64,000 nucleotides of DNA from Hydrolagus affinis (lineage: Eukaryota), in NCBI GenBank assembly GCA_012026655.1, contig JAAILG010001210.1, positions 1 to 64,000 of the forward strand, written 5' to 3'. Made by a program: the position numbers and the translations under genes. How positions within the stretch are numbered: the stretch's first letter is position 1; each line of letters begins with the position of its first letter. The notes beneath the pieces are model-generated. The model searched no databases, was not told the DNA's origin, and worked only from the letters and a program-made list of their open reading frames with translations. Positions 50,631 to 63,585 of the stretch are shown piece after piece.

Positions 50631-53600
50631 CTAAAGAAGCAAAAAACATGGTTTTACATTGGAAGCTTAACAACACTGGTATAAATAGCAACATTGACTG
50701 CTTACGTGAGCGGTGAGATTCTTGGGAATTTGTTGCATTTCCTGAATCACTTTGATAAAAGGATAACCACATACAAAAGACATCAAGCCCTTTTCTGTCT
50801 CTTTGATGAGAATATGGCTCAGAATTTAAAGAAATCCCAAACCCTAAGAATACTACCACCCAATATATTCACAGGCTCTGTGGCAGGATATTATTAACCA
50901 TGAAAGCACATTTTATAGTGAGCATTACACAAGTCATTTTTAGCACATACAATGTGAGTACCACAAGATTGTTTTGGATCTTCCCTATGGAAAGCTTCCT
51001 GAGAAATTGGTTAAACGTGACAATGGAAAACGCTGTCAATATAAAGCCACTATTGATAGAAGCAATAACATGATAAGCGTAAGGATGTAATGAAAGAAAC
51101 ATCATTGTACATTTCCGTATGAAATGGATCTCAAATTCTGTCACAGACTCCAATCAAACATTGCATAGTCTGTTTCTGCTGCATCAGTTCTGTGGATGAA
51201 AGGGATGTTCCAGTCACGAACATGATCCATTCAGCACAGAATAATTTGCTGACCAAAAGCCCACAATGATATGTAGTGATTAGTACCTCATTTGTGGTGA
51301 TCAAACATATGATTCATTTTCTTTTGAGTGTACAGATCACGTCATTCTGTTTACAAAATTTCTTTGCAATATTTGTAGGACTTGGGTTAGTGGATTTTTT
51401 AATTAAAAAAATTAACACACACACACAACAGTTATGGGCCTAACAAATCCTGTGAAATTGGGTCATCACCAACATTTTATATTCCTTCATCAAAAATAGG
51501 GTTTATTTTGTCAAGAGTATTTTATTTAAAAAAATTAAAGAGCATTTATTTCAGGAACCAAAGCAGCTGTGCCAGAAAAACAAGCTGTGTTTTCAGGTTA
51601 CAGGTGATAAGGCACCAAACCAGACCATTTGGCCCAACCAGTCCATACAGGTTGTAACTATAATAACCAACACTTGCATTCATATAACGCTCTTCGGATA
51701 ACATCTCAGAGTGTTGAATTACAAATGCATACCCTGTCAAGCTCTCTTTATAACTTAACAATTTAGCAACAACAACTTGCTATTATCTGCAAATATAACT
51801 ATTTTAAATTGGACTTGTGAATGCAGATCATTAATGTATATGTATATATAAGGAACAGAAGAGATTCCAGTACAGACTCCCAAGGGTCTGTACTGGAATA
51901 TCCTCCCACTCCTCCATCATTTTGACCTAGCTTGCCTAACAATGACACTGCTTCCTTCTCTTCAGTCATTTCTGAATCCAATTCTTGCCCTTGTTACCAC
52001 TGAATATGCTCTGAAGCATTATATGGATTATTGTTGTTGCTGAATGCTATCACTAATATAGTAATAATGTTGCAAGAGCACCACGTGAAAGTCTGTCATA
52101 AACTGATATCACATTGTATTAACGCTACTAAAAATATTTACTCCTGTTTAGTTAGCAAACTGCATTTAAACCTGCAACTAATTCAGGTAAGATTTCCTCT
52201 TCAACTGTAATAAAGTTGCATGTCTATTTCTTCAGCAAAAGGAAAAGCTGGTGACCTAATGCATCTCTCTTTTTTATGTGATGCGTTACTATTTTTCTGC
52301 AAGTTTCAATGTCTTTGAGCTTTAGCTCCATCCTAAAGTTAATAACTCACAAATTTCCCAATGCAGTCCCAGTGGAAACAATTTCACTCCCAACCTCCCC
52401 ACATTTACACAGTGATCTCACCATGGTTTTCTTGTCTCTTCATTTCCATGTGAAATGAATGATCAGTGGTAAGACATCATATTGATATACAGCATTGTGC
52501 CTGGACAAAATTTTGAAAGTACTGTATTAAGCATTAAAGTCTATCATTTGTAACTTCATCGAGAGCCAACTGGGTAAGAAGACGCAGTGAGAAGGACTTT
52601 TGATGAACAGACTAGAGAGAGCAGGAGAGTCTGAGACAAGGGAATGCAAATCTATTTTTTGTCCTTGTAGCACATGGGAATGCTTTTCCTTATTAGATCA
52701 GAATCAAATAAAGAACAATGGCCAGGACAACAAAATGGACACAATACTAGATATAAATAGGAGATTGAGAATTGAAGTTTTACTAGAGAATAACAACATT
52801 GAAAAAAATCCTCTGGTATTTGACTTATTCAGGTCATCAAATATGAGTCTTTCCTGAACTATAAACTAGATCAGAATTCAATGTGGCCATACTGCCTGGA
52901 ATTGCTGCTCTGATTAAAAAGCCTATGTGCACCAGTCCTGCTTTATTGCAGTTCATATGAATTCCAATTTGGATACTATTCCCCAGTAAATCTAAGAGTG
53001 CCAGGGACTAGGCCATTTTTACAGGTGGCTCTTAAAAATGTAGTTGAAAGATCTACAACTTCATTCTGGCAGATTAAACAAACTTTTAGACACAGTGGAA
53101 AGTACATTGATGTCAGGATCAGGTGTTTTTGGTGTTTAGTTTTGGATCACTATGAAGTCCCAATTCCTCTTGATGTTGCCTATTGCAATCTACATAGTTT
53201 GAAACAAACTTTAATGTGTATGGATAAAAGTTCGAAGTCGGAACCCTCACCTGTCAGCATCGTCAGTGCCTGTGCTCTACAGCACTGCACTCAGAAGGCA
53301 ACAGGGTTTTCTCAAAGCCTTCTGAGGGGCCTCAAGAACAGATGTTCATTTGCATTTACCAAAGCAAAGTGAAGACAAAGCAGCACGTGCCAGCAGTCGT
53401 AAGAAGTGGGCATTATGATGCAAATTAAACAACTTCATAAGCAAGTTCCTGGAACACGCATCAGTTCATTGGTTCCTGCACAAATAAGATCCTTTAACAC
53501 TGCATTTATATCACACAGTATGTGAGAACCGATTCAAATAGAACTGGAGCACCAGTTTGTGCTGGGCAGTGAGGTTCACCTAAGTGGAGGCTCAGAGTCA

Positions 53601-53811
53601 CTTGTAGTGGCACTTCTGTTTTGACAGTGTATCATTCACCTTGAATATCAGGTGAGGAGGGGAAACTTCTGTCCACTTTACTACTCTATTTTGTAGGTGA
53701 ATGCAAAAGCCAATTTGTACACAGCAATGGTTCCACAAACAGCCATGATGTGATTGACCAATTGTTATCTGGAGAATTTAGGGGGAGAAATTCCCTTCTC
53801 TTTTTTGTATA

Positions 53812-54730
53812 CAGGTATCCCTCCCCAACCGTGGGGGATACATCCCTCTAAGCCTCCTCAGTTGGTAAAATCGCGGTTGGAAAATTCAGGGCCCTATGGG
53901 AAACATGGAGATAGGGGGAGTACGTTTGCTTTTTCACGGTTGGAAATGCAAGGCCCTATGGCAAACATGGGGATAGGGGAAGTAAGTTCACATTTCGTAG
54001 AACTAAACACAAAAAAAACACATACAGTTATAACATACATGGGGATAAGAGGAGTAAGTTTGGGCGCATCTGCAGCAATCCGCGAGGCTGTCTGACTGAC
54101 TGATCTACACAGAGACAGAGAGAGAGAGAGACACAGAAGGTGGTGGTGGTGGTGGGCGGGGGGGTTAAATGGAGGGCTGGGGATGCTGTCTGACTGATCT
54201 AGAGAGAGAGAGAAATCAACGGAGAAGGTGTGGTGGGTGACACGGAGGGCTGGGGGGAGCTGTCTGATTGACCGACTGACTGCTACAGACAGAGAGAGGG
54301 GGGGGGAGGAGGGGGCGTGGGGGGAAGAGAAGGTGAAATAAAGAGAAGGTGAGAGAGAGAGAGAGAGAGAGATACATTTACACACAGAGAGACAGATCTG
54401 CAGATCCTGGCAGCCAATGCTCCAAAACTTACTAGCTAGGCTGCAGAGAAGCGACAATAAATTCGTATTATTTACCTTAATTCTAAGAGAGAGGTGTTGT
54501 CACTGGTTGATTGCAACATCGCAACTGGATCCTAGTGCTATACGCTAGCGCGAAGCGACATCGAGGCTGGTTGATGCAACTGGGTCCTAGCGCTAAATGC
54601 TAGTGTTAGTGTTTAAACTCATGGATAAGGAAGGGTTATAAGCCGTGGTTAGCAAGGGTTGTTGCATTTTGCAAACCATGGATGCGTGAGTTTCGTGGTT
54701 GACGAGGCTGCGGTTGGGGCGAGGTACCTG
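53812..54730. mobile_element. Tigger/pogo-like non-autonomous DNA transposon nested in an old Deu-like SINE (53690-53811 and 54731-54920)
   Basis: TA|CAGGTATCCCTCCCCAACCG ... CGGTTGGGGCGAGGTACCTG|TA. Interior has a duplicated CGGTTGGAAA..AGG(G)CCCTATGG.AAACATGG unit and (GA)n runs. No transposase ORF. Confidence 0.85.
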
Positions 54731-55259
54731 TAGTTCCATTGGATATTTAATGTCCATCTGAACAAGCAGACAAGACCTCATCCGAAGGCATAAAAATGCA
54801 GCACTCCCCCAGCATTGCATTGGGAGTGTCAGCCTAAACTGTGAGTTCAAAGTCCTGACTTGAAACCACAACCTTCTGACTCAGTGATGAGAATACTACC
54901 AAGTCAGCGAGACTGACACCTAAACTGGACTCATTTCATTTTGTCTACAATATGCACAGTCACTGCAATTGACAGCAATTCCTTGTGAAGGAGCTTGAGA
55001 GACTATTATAAAAAAAAACTAATAAGATGGGTGGGAACATAGAGTTCTATTAACCAGATTGAATAGAGTTTACGGAAAAACTAATATTTCTAAGTTAATG
55101 TGAATTGAGCCAATGTGTTCATTATGTTTTCGTTTTGAAATATTAAAGTGAATGAAGCGTTCCTTTTCAGTAGACACAGTGGGCTGAGAGTACACTCGTC
55201 TAATGGAAAACCGCTCTTCTTTTGCTTGTGAAAAATCCAATAGACTGTGAGGTTTCAGG

Positions 55260-56425
55260 CATTAGAGGTATCAGCATCCACGGAAGCACACTCCACTTCA
55301 CCAAGCCAGTCATGAACCTGGGTGTCTTGTTCGACCTTCAACTGTCCTTTATCCCTCATATCCATGTCATAACCAGCACTGCCTTCCACCACCTGCGCAA
55401 CGTTGCCCAACTCTGTCATTGCCTCTTGGTCATTTCCCTCGGGCCGCCAAATCCCTCACACATGCTTACAGTTGTCACTCAAGGCTTGACTACAGACTCT
55501 CCCTCCTGATCGGCCTCCCCAACTCTTCCTTCCATAAACTGCTGATCAGCCAAAACTCTGCAGCTCATGTCCTCTACCAGGCTCCGTGACTCCAACACCC
55601 CTACCCTCACCCAGTTCCACTGGCTTCCCATCTCAACTGTGGAACTCCTGTGGCTTAGTTGTTAGAGCACTTGTTTTGCAAGCTAGGGAGACCACGCTGG
55701 GGAGACCTGTGTTCAAATCCAGGCAGGTCAGGGCGAAACCTTGGGCAAGTTTCCTTACTCCACAAGCCTAATAATAATCCATTAAAAAAAAACACACTAA
55801 TAAAATCGGTCATTTCAATCCATTTCAATCTATTTGTGGGACACTGCTATGCACAATTGGCTGCCGCGATTTGCCCACAAATATACAGTCAATTCACTTT
55901 ACAGTATATTCTGTAAAGCGCTTTGGGACGTCGATAAGATATGAAAAGCGCTATATCAAATGCAAGGATTATTATTATTATTATCTGTCAGAGGGTAGAA
56001 TTTTAAAATCCTCATCCTCACTTTCAAGGCCCTCCATGGCCTTGCCCCCTTCTACCTTTATGACCTACTGACCCCCTATCAACATGTCTGATCCCTCTGT
56101 TTAGCAGGCTAGAGCCTGCTCCTTGACTCTCACCAGACCCGCCCTACCATCAGTGGCCGGGCTTTCCTCTCTCCAACCCCACTCTAGGAACTCCACCCCA
56201 CAATCTCTTCTCCTTGCTCCCTCCCTTGCCTCCATCAAGGTCTAACTCAAGACCCTCCTTTTCGACCGTGCCTTCAGCCTCCCTCTTACCTCTTTGGCCT
56301 CCCTCATTCCAACCCTGCATCCCCACCACCCGTGCTCAGGTCCTGATTCCTGACTGTTCAGGGCCTTGCAATGTCCTCCCAACATGAAAGGCGCTCTACA
56401 AATGTAAATTTGTTTTGTTGTTGTT
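55260..56425 (+). mobile_element. L2 ORF2 3' region split by a SINE insertion
   Basis: VMNLGVLFDLQLSFIPHIHVITSTAFHHLRNVAQL peptide. L2 sequence resumes after the SINE. (TTG)n tail at ~56410. Confidence 0.85.
55639..55984 (+). mobile_element. tRNA SINE, full length, inside L2
   Basis: Head GTGGAACTCCTGTGGCTTAGTTGTTAGAGC, B box GTTCAAATCC, (ATT)n tail. Confidence 0.9.
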
Positions 56426-56464
56426 GGCTCCTCTGCATGTTTTAAATGATGAGCTTAACCAGAT

Positions 56465-56712
56465 GTTTGGTTCCAGGGAGGGCAAAATCTTGGGGAAGTT
56501 TCCTTACCCCACATTGCCTGTTAATAATCCCTCAAGAAAAAAAACACAATAATAAATTGGTCACTTCACTCCCCGTGACACTGCTGTGTGCAATTGGCTG
56601 CCACGTTTCACCCACAACTGTAGTCAATTCACTTTACAGTATATTCTATGAAGTGCTTTAAGACATCTAGAAGGCATGAAAAGTGCTATATCAAATGCAA
56701 GAATTATTATTT
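56465..56712 (+). mobile_element. tRNA SINE, 5'-truncated
   Basis: Core and tail match. Confidence 0.82.
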
Positions 56713-57344
56713 ACATTATAGATAGGAATGAGGAAGTTCCCTTCAGGTGGGATTTTGCAGAGTGAAGCCACCATTCCCACACTGTTTCGTGCCCACAAAA
56801 TGGCTTTGTGCCCATTTCAAATTTGCGTTGACTGCAAGGAGCTTTGGATTTCTTACCCTTCCCTCTCTGTGCTCCTAGAATGCCAACATTAGCAATCAAT
56901 CCGAGTGACAGCCATTGAGAGCTGCCCAAACTCATCTAAAAGGCTCTCCCAAGAGAGGAGACTCTCAGTCTATTTCTTTGCATTGGAGTCAAACTAGGTT
57001 TCTGAGCTGACAAATGGACAATGTCCTAACACACTGCATCACCCAGGCCTTTCAGTCTGACATTCTTTGCCAGCTCTAATTCCACGTGGGGATTTCTCTC
57101 AAGGTTTTTAATGTTCTAGATAAGTTAAAATTAAAATAGTCGCAAGTAAGCAAGAGAAATCTCTCGCGATTGAGGATATCCTGAACCTCATGCCACCCCT
57201 ATTTTCAAAATCTTACATGTTCCCACACTATAGTGTGGTTTCATTTTGTCACACTATAATGTGGTTGCACTTTCTCACGTTATAAAGTGTGTTTTTTTGC
57301 TATTTCTGTGCCCAGCCATGAGAGCAGACTTAGCCACAAGCAAC

Positions 57345-57532
57345 AATCTCAATCGCTCCGCCTTGCCCCCTCTCTCCCACTTTTCACGTTCTGCCTGAAA
57401 ACCTCCCTATTCAACTGTGCTTACTGTCACCCCAACCCTCCCAGCTTAGAGTCAGGTTCCCCCACTTTTAAGCACTCGGAGACACTAGGAGGAGGAGCGT
57501 GCTATATAATTGCAAGTTATTGTTGTTGTTGG
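57345..57532 (+). mobile_element. L2 3' fragment
   Basis: QSLRLAPSLPLFTFCLKTSLF peptide and tail. Confidence 0.7.
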
Positions 57533-58838
57533 TCAGCCAACTGTCAAGCGTCTCAGAGCGCTTGAATAATGACATTGGAGAATGGCATTTAAAACAAGTT
57601 TTCCCTTCCCAGAGCTCATGCTCACTGTTAAAGCCAACTCTTTATGAATTAGTTGTGCATTTAATTTCTTTCTTCCTTTCCTTCTGCAATCTATTAACCC
57701 TGCGAGCCAAAAAGCCCTAATGTGTAGGCTAGTCCGAGTTGGACAAGGAGTGCAAAACATTCCAGACAGCAGTCTCAGTGGCAAGGTATGTGGTTTTAGC
57801 TGGTTAGACTCCAGGAGTATTCCAATGTGGGGTCAACAATTCTTGGCTCTTGCTAACCTGTGTCTAATATATTCTGGAATTAGGTAAGCAGGATGCCTCC
57901 CTCTAGGGAAGAGTGAGTTTTCCATTTCAGTAAACATCTCACTGGATTTCTAAATGCTAGCTTGGTATCACCTTCTTGACTTCTTTTCTCGCCTCTTTTA
58001 GCCTCAGTGGTGTGCTGCCCTATTTCTCAATGCAAATATTCACTGACTTTCAGCTGCAGGCTGTAGTACTTGGGGATATTGAATTTGATACCTCTTCATG
58101 ATATGTGCGCATGCATTAACATTTTGCCAAACCTAACCATGGTTAGAGGTACCTACTTCAACAGGCTGTCAAGAGTACAAACCTCATCAATTCCTCACTG
58201 GAAGTTGTCTGAGGCTGCAAAGCAGGAGATTCTCATCAGACAGTGTGTCAAAAAACATTAAGAAGCGATTTCCTGCTGGTTTCAGGTTAAAAACGAACAT
58301 TAGCAAAAGCAACAGGGTCTTTAGAAGCACTGGGAATAGCTCAAATCACATGTAGCTAGCTAATCCTAATGTTATCTCGGAGAGGGTGGGGGCATTGAAA
58401 ATCTTAAGAAAGGAGTTGTTCAAACTCATTCGGCCACATTAGACAAAGCTGCTACTTTCTTTTTAAAAATATGGATAACTACAGCCCCAATTACAACTGG
58501 TTCTCTTTGAGGAAGTTGAAAAGCAGGTTTTTTTTTGGCTTCTAAACACCTTTCATTTATCTTTAAGGTGAACTATTTCAAGTGCGTGAAGCACAGCAAA
58601 AAAAAGACAACGGTATATATAAGCAGAAAATACAGCACCTGATACATTTAGTGCACTTAGCCTTTGATGAGTTTAACACCAGGATACCTCTTTATCATTG
58701 ATAATAAAACACACTGATAGAAAAACTGGTCCTTTACTTTCCCAATGTAACTTTCAGGCCCCAGGTGATATCAACCGATAGCTCATCTAAGCTTTGGTTC
58801 TCATTATATTGAGAGCCATGTGCTACCACTCCATGATT

Positions 58839-59468
58839 GTGGAGCTCCTGTAGCTCAGTGGTTAGAACACTCGCCTTACAAGCATGAGACACGTGTTCAA
58901 ATCCAGGCAGATCAGGGTGAAATCTTGGGCAAGTTTCCTTACTCTACACGCCTAAAAATAATCCATCCCCCCAAAAACACACAATAATAAAAATTGGTCT
59001 GCTGTGTGCAATTGGCTGCTGCGTTTCACCCACAAATATACAGTCAATTCACTTTACAGTATATTGTGTGAAGTGCTTTGAGACATCGATAAGATGTCAA
59101 AAGCGCTATATCAAATCCAAGGATTATTTTTATTGTAATATAATGCTTGTATATTAATGCATTACCATCAGGAACAGGTGGATTTTGCAGAGTTCTGTAG
59201 CTTAAGAGTTAGAGCACTCGCCTTACAAGCGAGAGGATCTGGGTTCGTCTCGCAGGCAGAGTGTTAGGCAAGTTTCCTTAATAATAATGCCTTAACAAAA
59301 TGTGGTTAATCAAACCACGACTGTTTGTGGCACACTGCTGTGTGCTATTGGCTTGGGCTGCTATGTTTCGCACATGTAATATAGTCAATTCACTTTACAG
59401 CATATTTTGTGAAACACTTTGACGTGTTGAGGCACTTATCAAATGCAAGGATTATTATTTTATTATTT
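58839..59468 (+). mobile_element. Two tandem tRNA SINE copies (58839-59133 and 59188-59468)
   Basis: Each has a CTGTAGCT..GTTAGA head, core and ATCAAAT.CAAGGATTATT tail. Confidence 0.87.
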
Positions 59469-60699
59469 TACAGGTAGGAATTTCTCCATAAAATTCTGAA
59501 CAAAGACAATGTGTATGTTTTTTAACGTGTATTTTTGATTTCACGAAGGATCAAGTAGATCGGTTCAATGGCTTTTTGAATTGATTGTAACCTTTAAATC
59601 ATTTAATGTTCTATTGGGTTTTCCCCGTTAAGCTCACTAAGATGTATCCAGAGACATAAAGAATAACCTTTCCACACAATAACATGCCAGATTCTTGGAG
59701 AACTACCCTCCTTTTGTTTAAAGCAAAATTAAGATTTTCATTCTGCAGTTCCCACAATGTAAGTTACAAAGTAATAAGTCTCTGAGATTAATCAGAGGCA
59801 TGTTACAAAAGCAGCCGTTCGACTGGTTGCCCCACTTTTAACTAGTCATTCTGGATTTTTAATACCCTAAGAGATACATGGGAGTGACATTTGTGCAATT
59901 CCCTGCTGAAGGAACCTGGTATTCAGTGAGATCCCATGTGGTTTGGCTCTGCTTTGTTAATAATGTAACCTAATACAGGTATTTGATATTAAACTTTTCA
60001 AGGTGAAATGTTTCAAAGCATTTCACAGTGTTTCACTTTAAACTGTAATGATCCTTGTATTTTGCATGCATTTTATTTCCTATCTGTGGGATTGTTGACC
60101 GGGACACTGGGAGACATTCCCTCCTCTTTTCAAATTGTGCCATAGGATCCTTGGATTAGCCGATATCCTGGGACCTTGGTTTAATGTCTCGACTGAAGGA
60201 AGGCTGCTCTAAGAATTCAGCTCTCGCCCAGCAATGTTGGGAGTGGCAACCTAGACTGTGAGCTCACACACCTGTGCCAAATCAAACCTACTTGCTGTTT
60301 TCTACAGAAATAAAACACAAATCAGTCTATAAATATTACACTCAATACTGAACGACTGTCAGTGAATTGCAGACTATAATTTGATCTCAGAGCTTGGCTG
60401 ATAACCTAATGCACATTGTGTGAAGTCTTTGATTGCAATCTTGTAATGAAATCCAGTATTCTTGGTTTATTTGTTCCTTTTTGATGACACAAGCGCAATA
60501 AATTACCATATGAAATAACTTCCATGCCAATGAGGAAAAAACACACACAAAGTAAAGAGCCTTATTCATATTGAAAGTTATTTTCACCCATTATGAAAAT
60601 GCATTGTTTTTTTCGCAGTATATCTTTCATATTTTGCATTCCAACACAATTCCCTAAAGGTTCATTAGTTTGGCTCTGTGTAACATCTTGTACTACATG

Positions 60700-60836
60700 C
60701 AAAACACAAGATACTACAGATGCTGGGAATCTGAAACAAAAACAAAAGTTGCTGGGGAAACTCAGCAGGTCAGGCAGCATCCATGGAGAAAGGAAAAAGA
60801 GTCAATGTTTCGGATCTACAACCCTTCGTCAGAACT
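60700..60836 (-). mobile_element. Penelope-like element terminal fragment with hammerhead-like core
   Basis: ACAGATGCTGGGAATCTG..AACTCAGCAGGTCAGGCAGCATC..GTTTCGG..CCCTTCGTCAGAACT resembles shark Penelope ends as I recall them. The minus strand has CUGACGA..GAAA. Confidence 0.65.
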
Positions 60837-61228
60837 AGGGTTTGTTTGGAAGTACTACATTGTTTGGATTGCACTACATGCAATTGTGTTCTGAAGTTGC
60901 TGCTGCAATTCACTTTGCCACCCTGAATATTCAAGGTGTTTAATATATAAGATATTGTTTAATATAAAATAATGACATTACTACCGGGATATTAAATGTT
61001 TCACACCAAATCAGGTCAGGTTGCTATTTCTGAGCATGAAAACTAAATATGTGGACATCTTCAATTCTGGGGAGTTTTTGACGGTTGACTTACACTATTT
61101 AGGAAGTGAAGAGATCTGACACAGGAGCCCCTGACTAATTTATCCCTATAATATAATTTAGTTTATCCTTTTAGCTAGATCTGAATTGATGTTTAAGCTA
61201 AATTTTCTTTTTTTAAAAAAAACCCGAG

Positions 61229-61251
61229 GGGAATTTCCACTGGGAATTTCC
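61229..61251 (+). promoter_or_regulatory. Two tandem consensus NF-kB sites (GGGAATTTCC x2) in a DUSP16 intron
   Basis: GGGAATTTCC at 61229-61238 and 61242-61251. Function is inferred. Confidence 0.55.
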
Positions 61252-62159
61252 ACCTAGTCCTTTAAACGTTTGATTGATATACACTGGATGTTGCAACCCA
61301 CATTAATGAACCGCAGCTTTTACAGTTATGTCAACAAGACAGTTAATCTTCTGGTCTAAACACCACCCTGCATCTAAAACTCATAGTAAACTGAAATTTG
61401 ACATTGGCACAGACAGCTGTTGTTGGTATAAAACAGCCCAAAAGTTAAATAAACCATTCCTCAGTTTATAAATGTACATTATGAAAATGTAGATCAGGAA
61501 GTGATTGTAATTTAATATTGAGGTTCAGACACCTGGATCTTTCCTCTCACACTTCGTAAAACTACAGATACAGGTCCCAAGATACATATTTTGGGAACAT
61601 TTCTGTTCTAATCATCTAAAAATCTCTTAAACAAGATCACTATGTTGTAAAAAAAATCCATTATTGTCTACTTGGAAATTATATATCATATATCAAATGT
61701 TAGCACTGAAATAAATTGGGGAAGAATGATTATTATTATTTAAGAAGAATAATTCATAAGTAGACTCCACAAAAACCATTTGGAAAAGTGTGCCAAATTT
61801 TTTTAAACAATAACAGTAAAATAGTTTACAACTCACATAAAATATAATGTTGTGAGTTCTGCTGGATTGAAACCCAACTCTAAAACACGTCCCTAAAACA
61901 TGTTTTCCATTGGGGAAAGCAATATTGAGATATTTATCCCAAGCCATTAATTGAAAACAACTTTTTTTAAAACCACATTGAAGAACAGGTGGACGAGACC
62001 TCAGTTTGACATCTCATCCGCAAAAGCCACCTCCAGCCATGCATTACCCCTTCACCCCAATACTGCAACTATGTTTACAGCATTGATGGAGGTAATCTTG
62101 GGCCTACACATTCAATCATTGTTTTATATGTTACAAGAATAACATTCCCTGCCTCCGTA

Positions 62160-62234
62160 GCTTTTCCTCACAACTCAGGTGTCCAAACACAGTTTTCAGT
62201 CCAGGGTTTGGACATTTGAGTTGTGAGGAGAAGC
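62160..62234 (+). repeat. 75-nt hairpin with 29-bp arms and a 17-nt loop
   Basis: 62160-62188 pairs with 62206-62234. Three non-Watson-Crick positions, all G-U on +. Confidence 0.85.
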
Positions 62235-62769
62235 AAAGTTATATCCCCGCCAATGCCAAAAAATAAAAAACCCTTATTGTGGTACAGTGATCCATTGGGG
62301 GGCTGGAGGTTACAAGCCTCTCATCCAGTACCGATTTTGCTGGCAGCTTGATGACTGCTGAGTTGCCTTAGTTCAGTTAACCCATTTTGACAATCAGTCA
62401 GATTCCAAAAACCCATTCTAACCTACATATTTTGGTCAATGATAGTTCCATCAGGTAAATCCCAGCTGTAGAGTAAACACCCACACTTTTGTCTCACTAA
62501 ATAAATACCTTATGTTTCCCATTCCCTCAAACCCTCTGTACCTCAACACCCCTGTAAATGTACTGTATAGTAAATAATTTCTCAAGATGCAAGATGGTGG
62601 AAGGATATATTGGCAGCTCTTCAGGACATCAACCTGAAGCTTATATCTTCCGGTAGAGTTGCTGCAAGAATAATTTATCTACTGTGTGTTTTCTTGCTTC
62701 TGTATTTTTTTGACTCTTGAACATGTATAGATGAACATGGATATCATGGATTTTTCTTTTAAGTTGATA

Positions 62770-62920
62770 GATTTCTTGTGGATAAAGGGATTAAGGGGTA
62801 TGGGGATAAGGCGGGTAGGTGGAGTTAGAATAGAAGATCAACCATGATCTTATTGAATGGCAGGGCAGGCTCAAGGGGTCAAATGGCCTACTCCTGCTAC
62901 TAATTCTTATGTTCTTATAA
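62770..62920 (+). mobile_element. CR1 LINE 3' terminus
   Basis: AAGGGATTAAGGGGTATGGGG..GATCAACCATGATCTTATTGAATGGC..AAATGGCCTACTCCTGCT..TTCTTATGTTCTTAT. Confidence 0.82.
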
Positions 62921-63585
62921 ATTTACAAATATCTAGAAAATTGTTTGAAGGGCAGTTGAAATTCCTGATGTGGCTTCTTCTCTCCCTCTTTTCTACGTGT
63001 AAAAGCTCCACAGTTCTAAACGACACTGTTCGCCACCGTGAAGTGCTCTGGGACGCTAGCCCGCATGAAGGGTGCTATGTAAAATCAAGTTGTTGTAGTT
63101 CTACCATCAGCCTCCACAACCTTTTTAAACCCAAAAGATTAATGATCATCTTAAACATTGGCATTTCACGCAAAGTGATGATAATGTGGTTTGGGACAAA
63201 TGCAATACCTACTTTCTCAGTCTAGAAACAGAAACACAAAGCAGGTTCTGCAATTACTTGTACAGTACTTTAAATGTCATCTTCATCTCCCATTCCAGCG
63301 GACTGTCCTATTCTTTAGTTCAATTGTCTCCCAAAGCATTGCAATCTGAAATGTCAATCCTATACCTCAAGGAAATGATGATGAAAACCTCGACACTTTA
63401 ATTAAAACTAATTTTTGGAAGCTTCCTCTTCCCATAAAAATAGCAAAATATTTTCAGTTAGTTTTAATCTTTTTTTTAAAAATCAATGGGCTACAGATTA
63501 AAGAGGAAACCCAGGCACAACATCCCTGTACATCCTGGACTTTGACAGGGAACAGAAGTTTGTATATGTTTGTAATGAATCTTAC

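Noticed and set aside
53894-54457. 187-aa minus-strand ORF inside the Tigger-like element
   Set aside because: Low-complexity Leu/Ser translation of (GA)n runs. No DDE/D motif.
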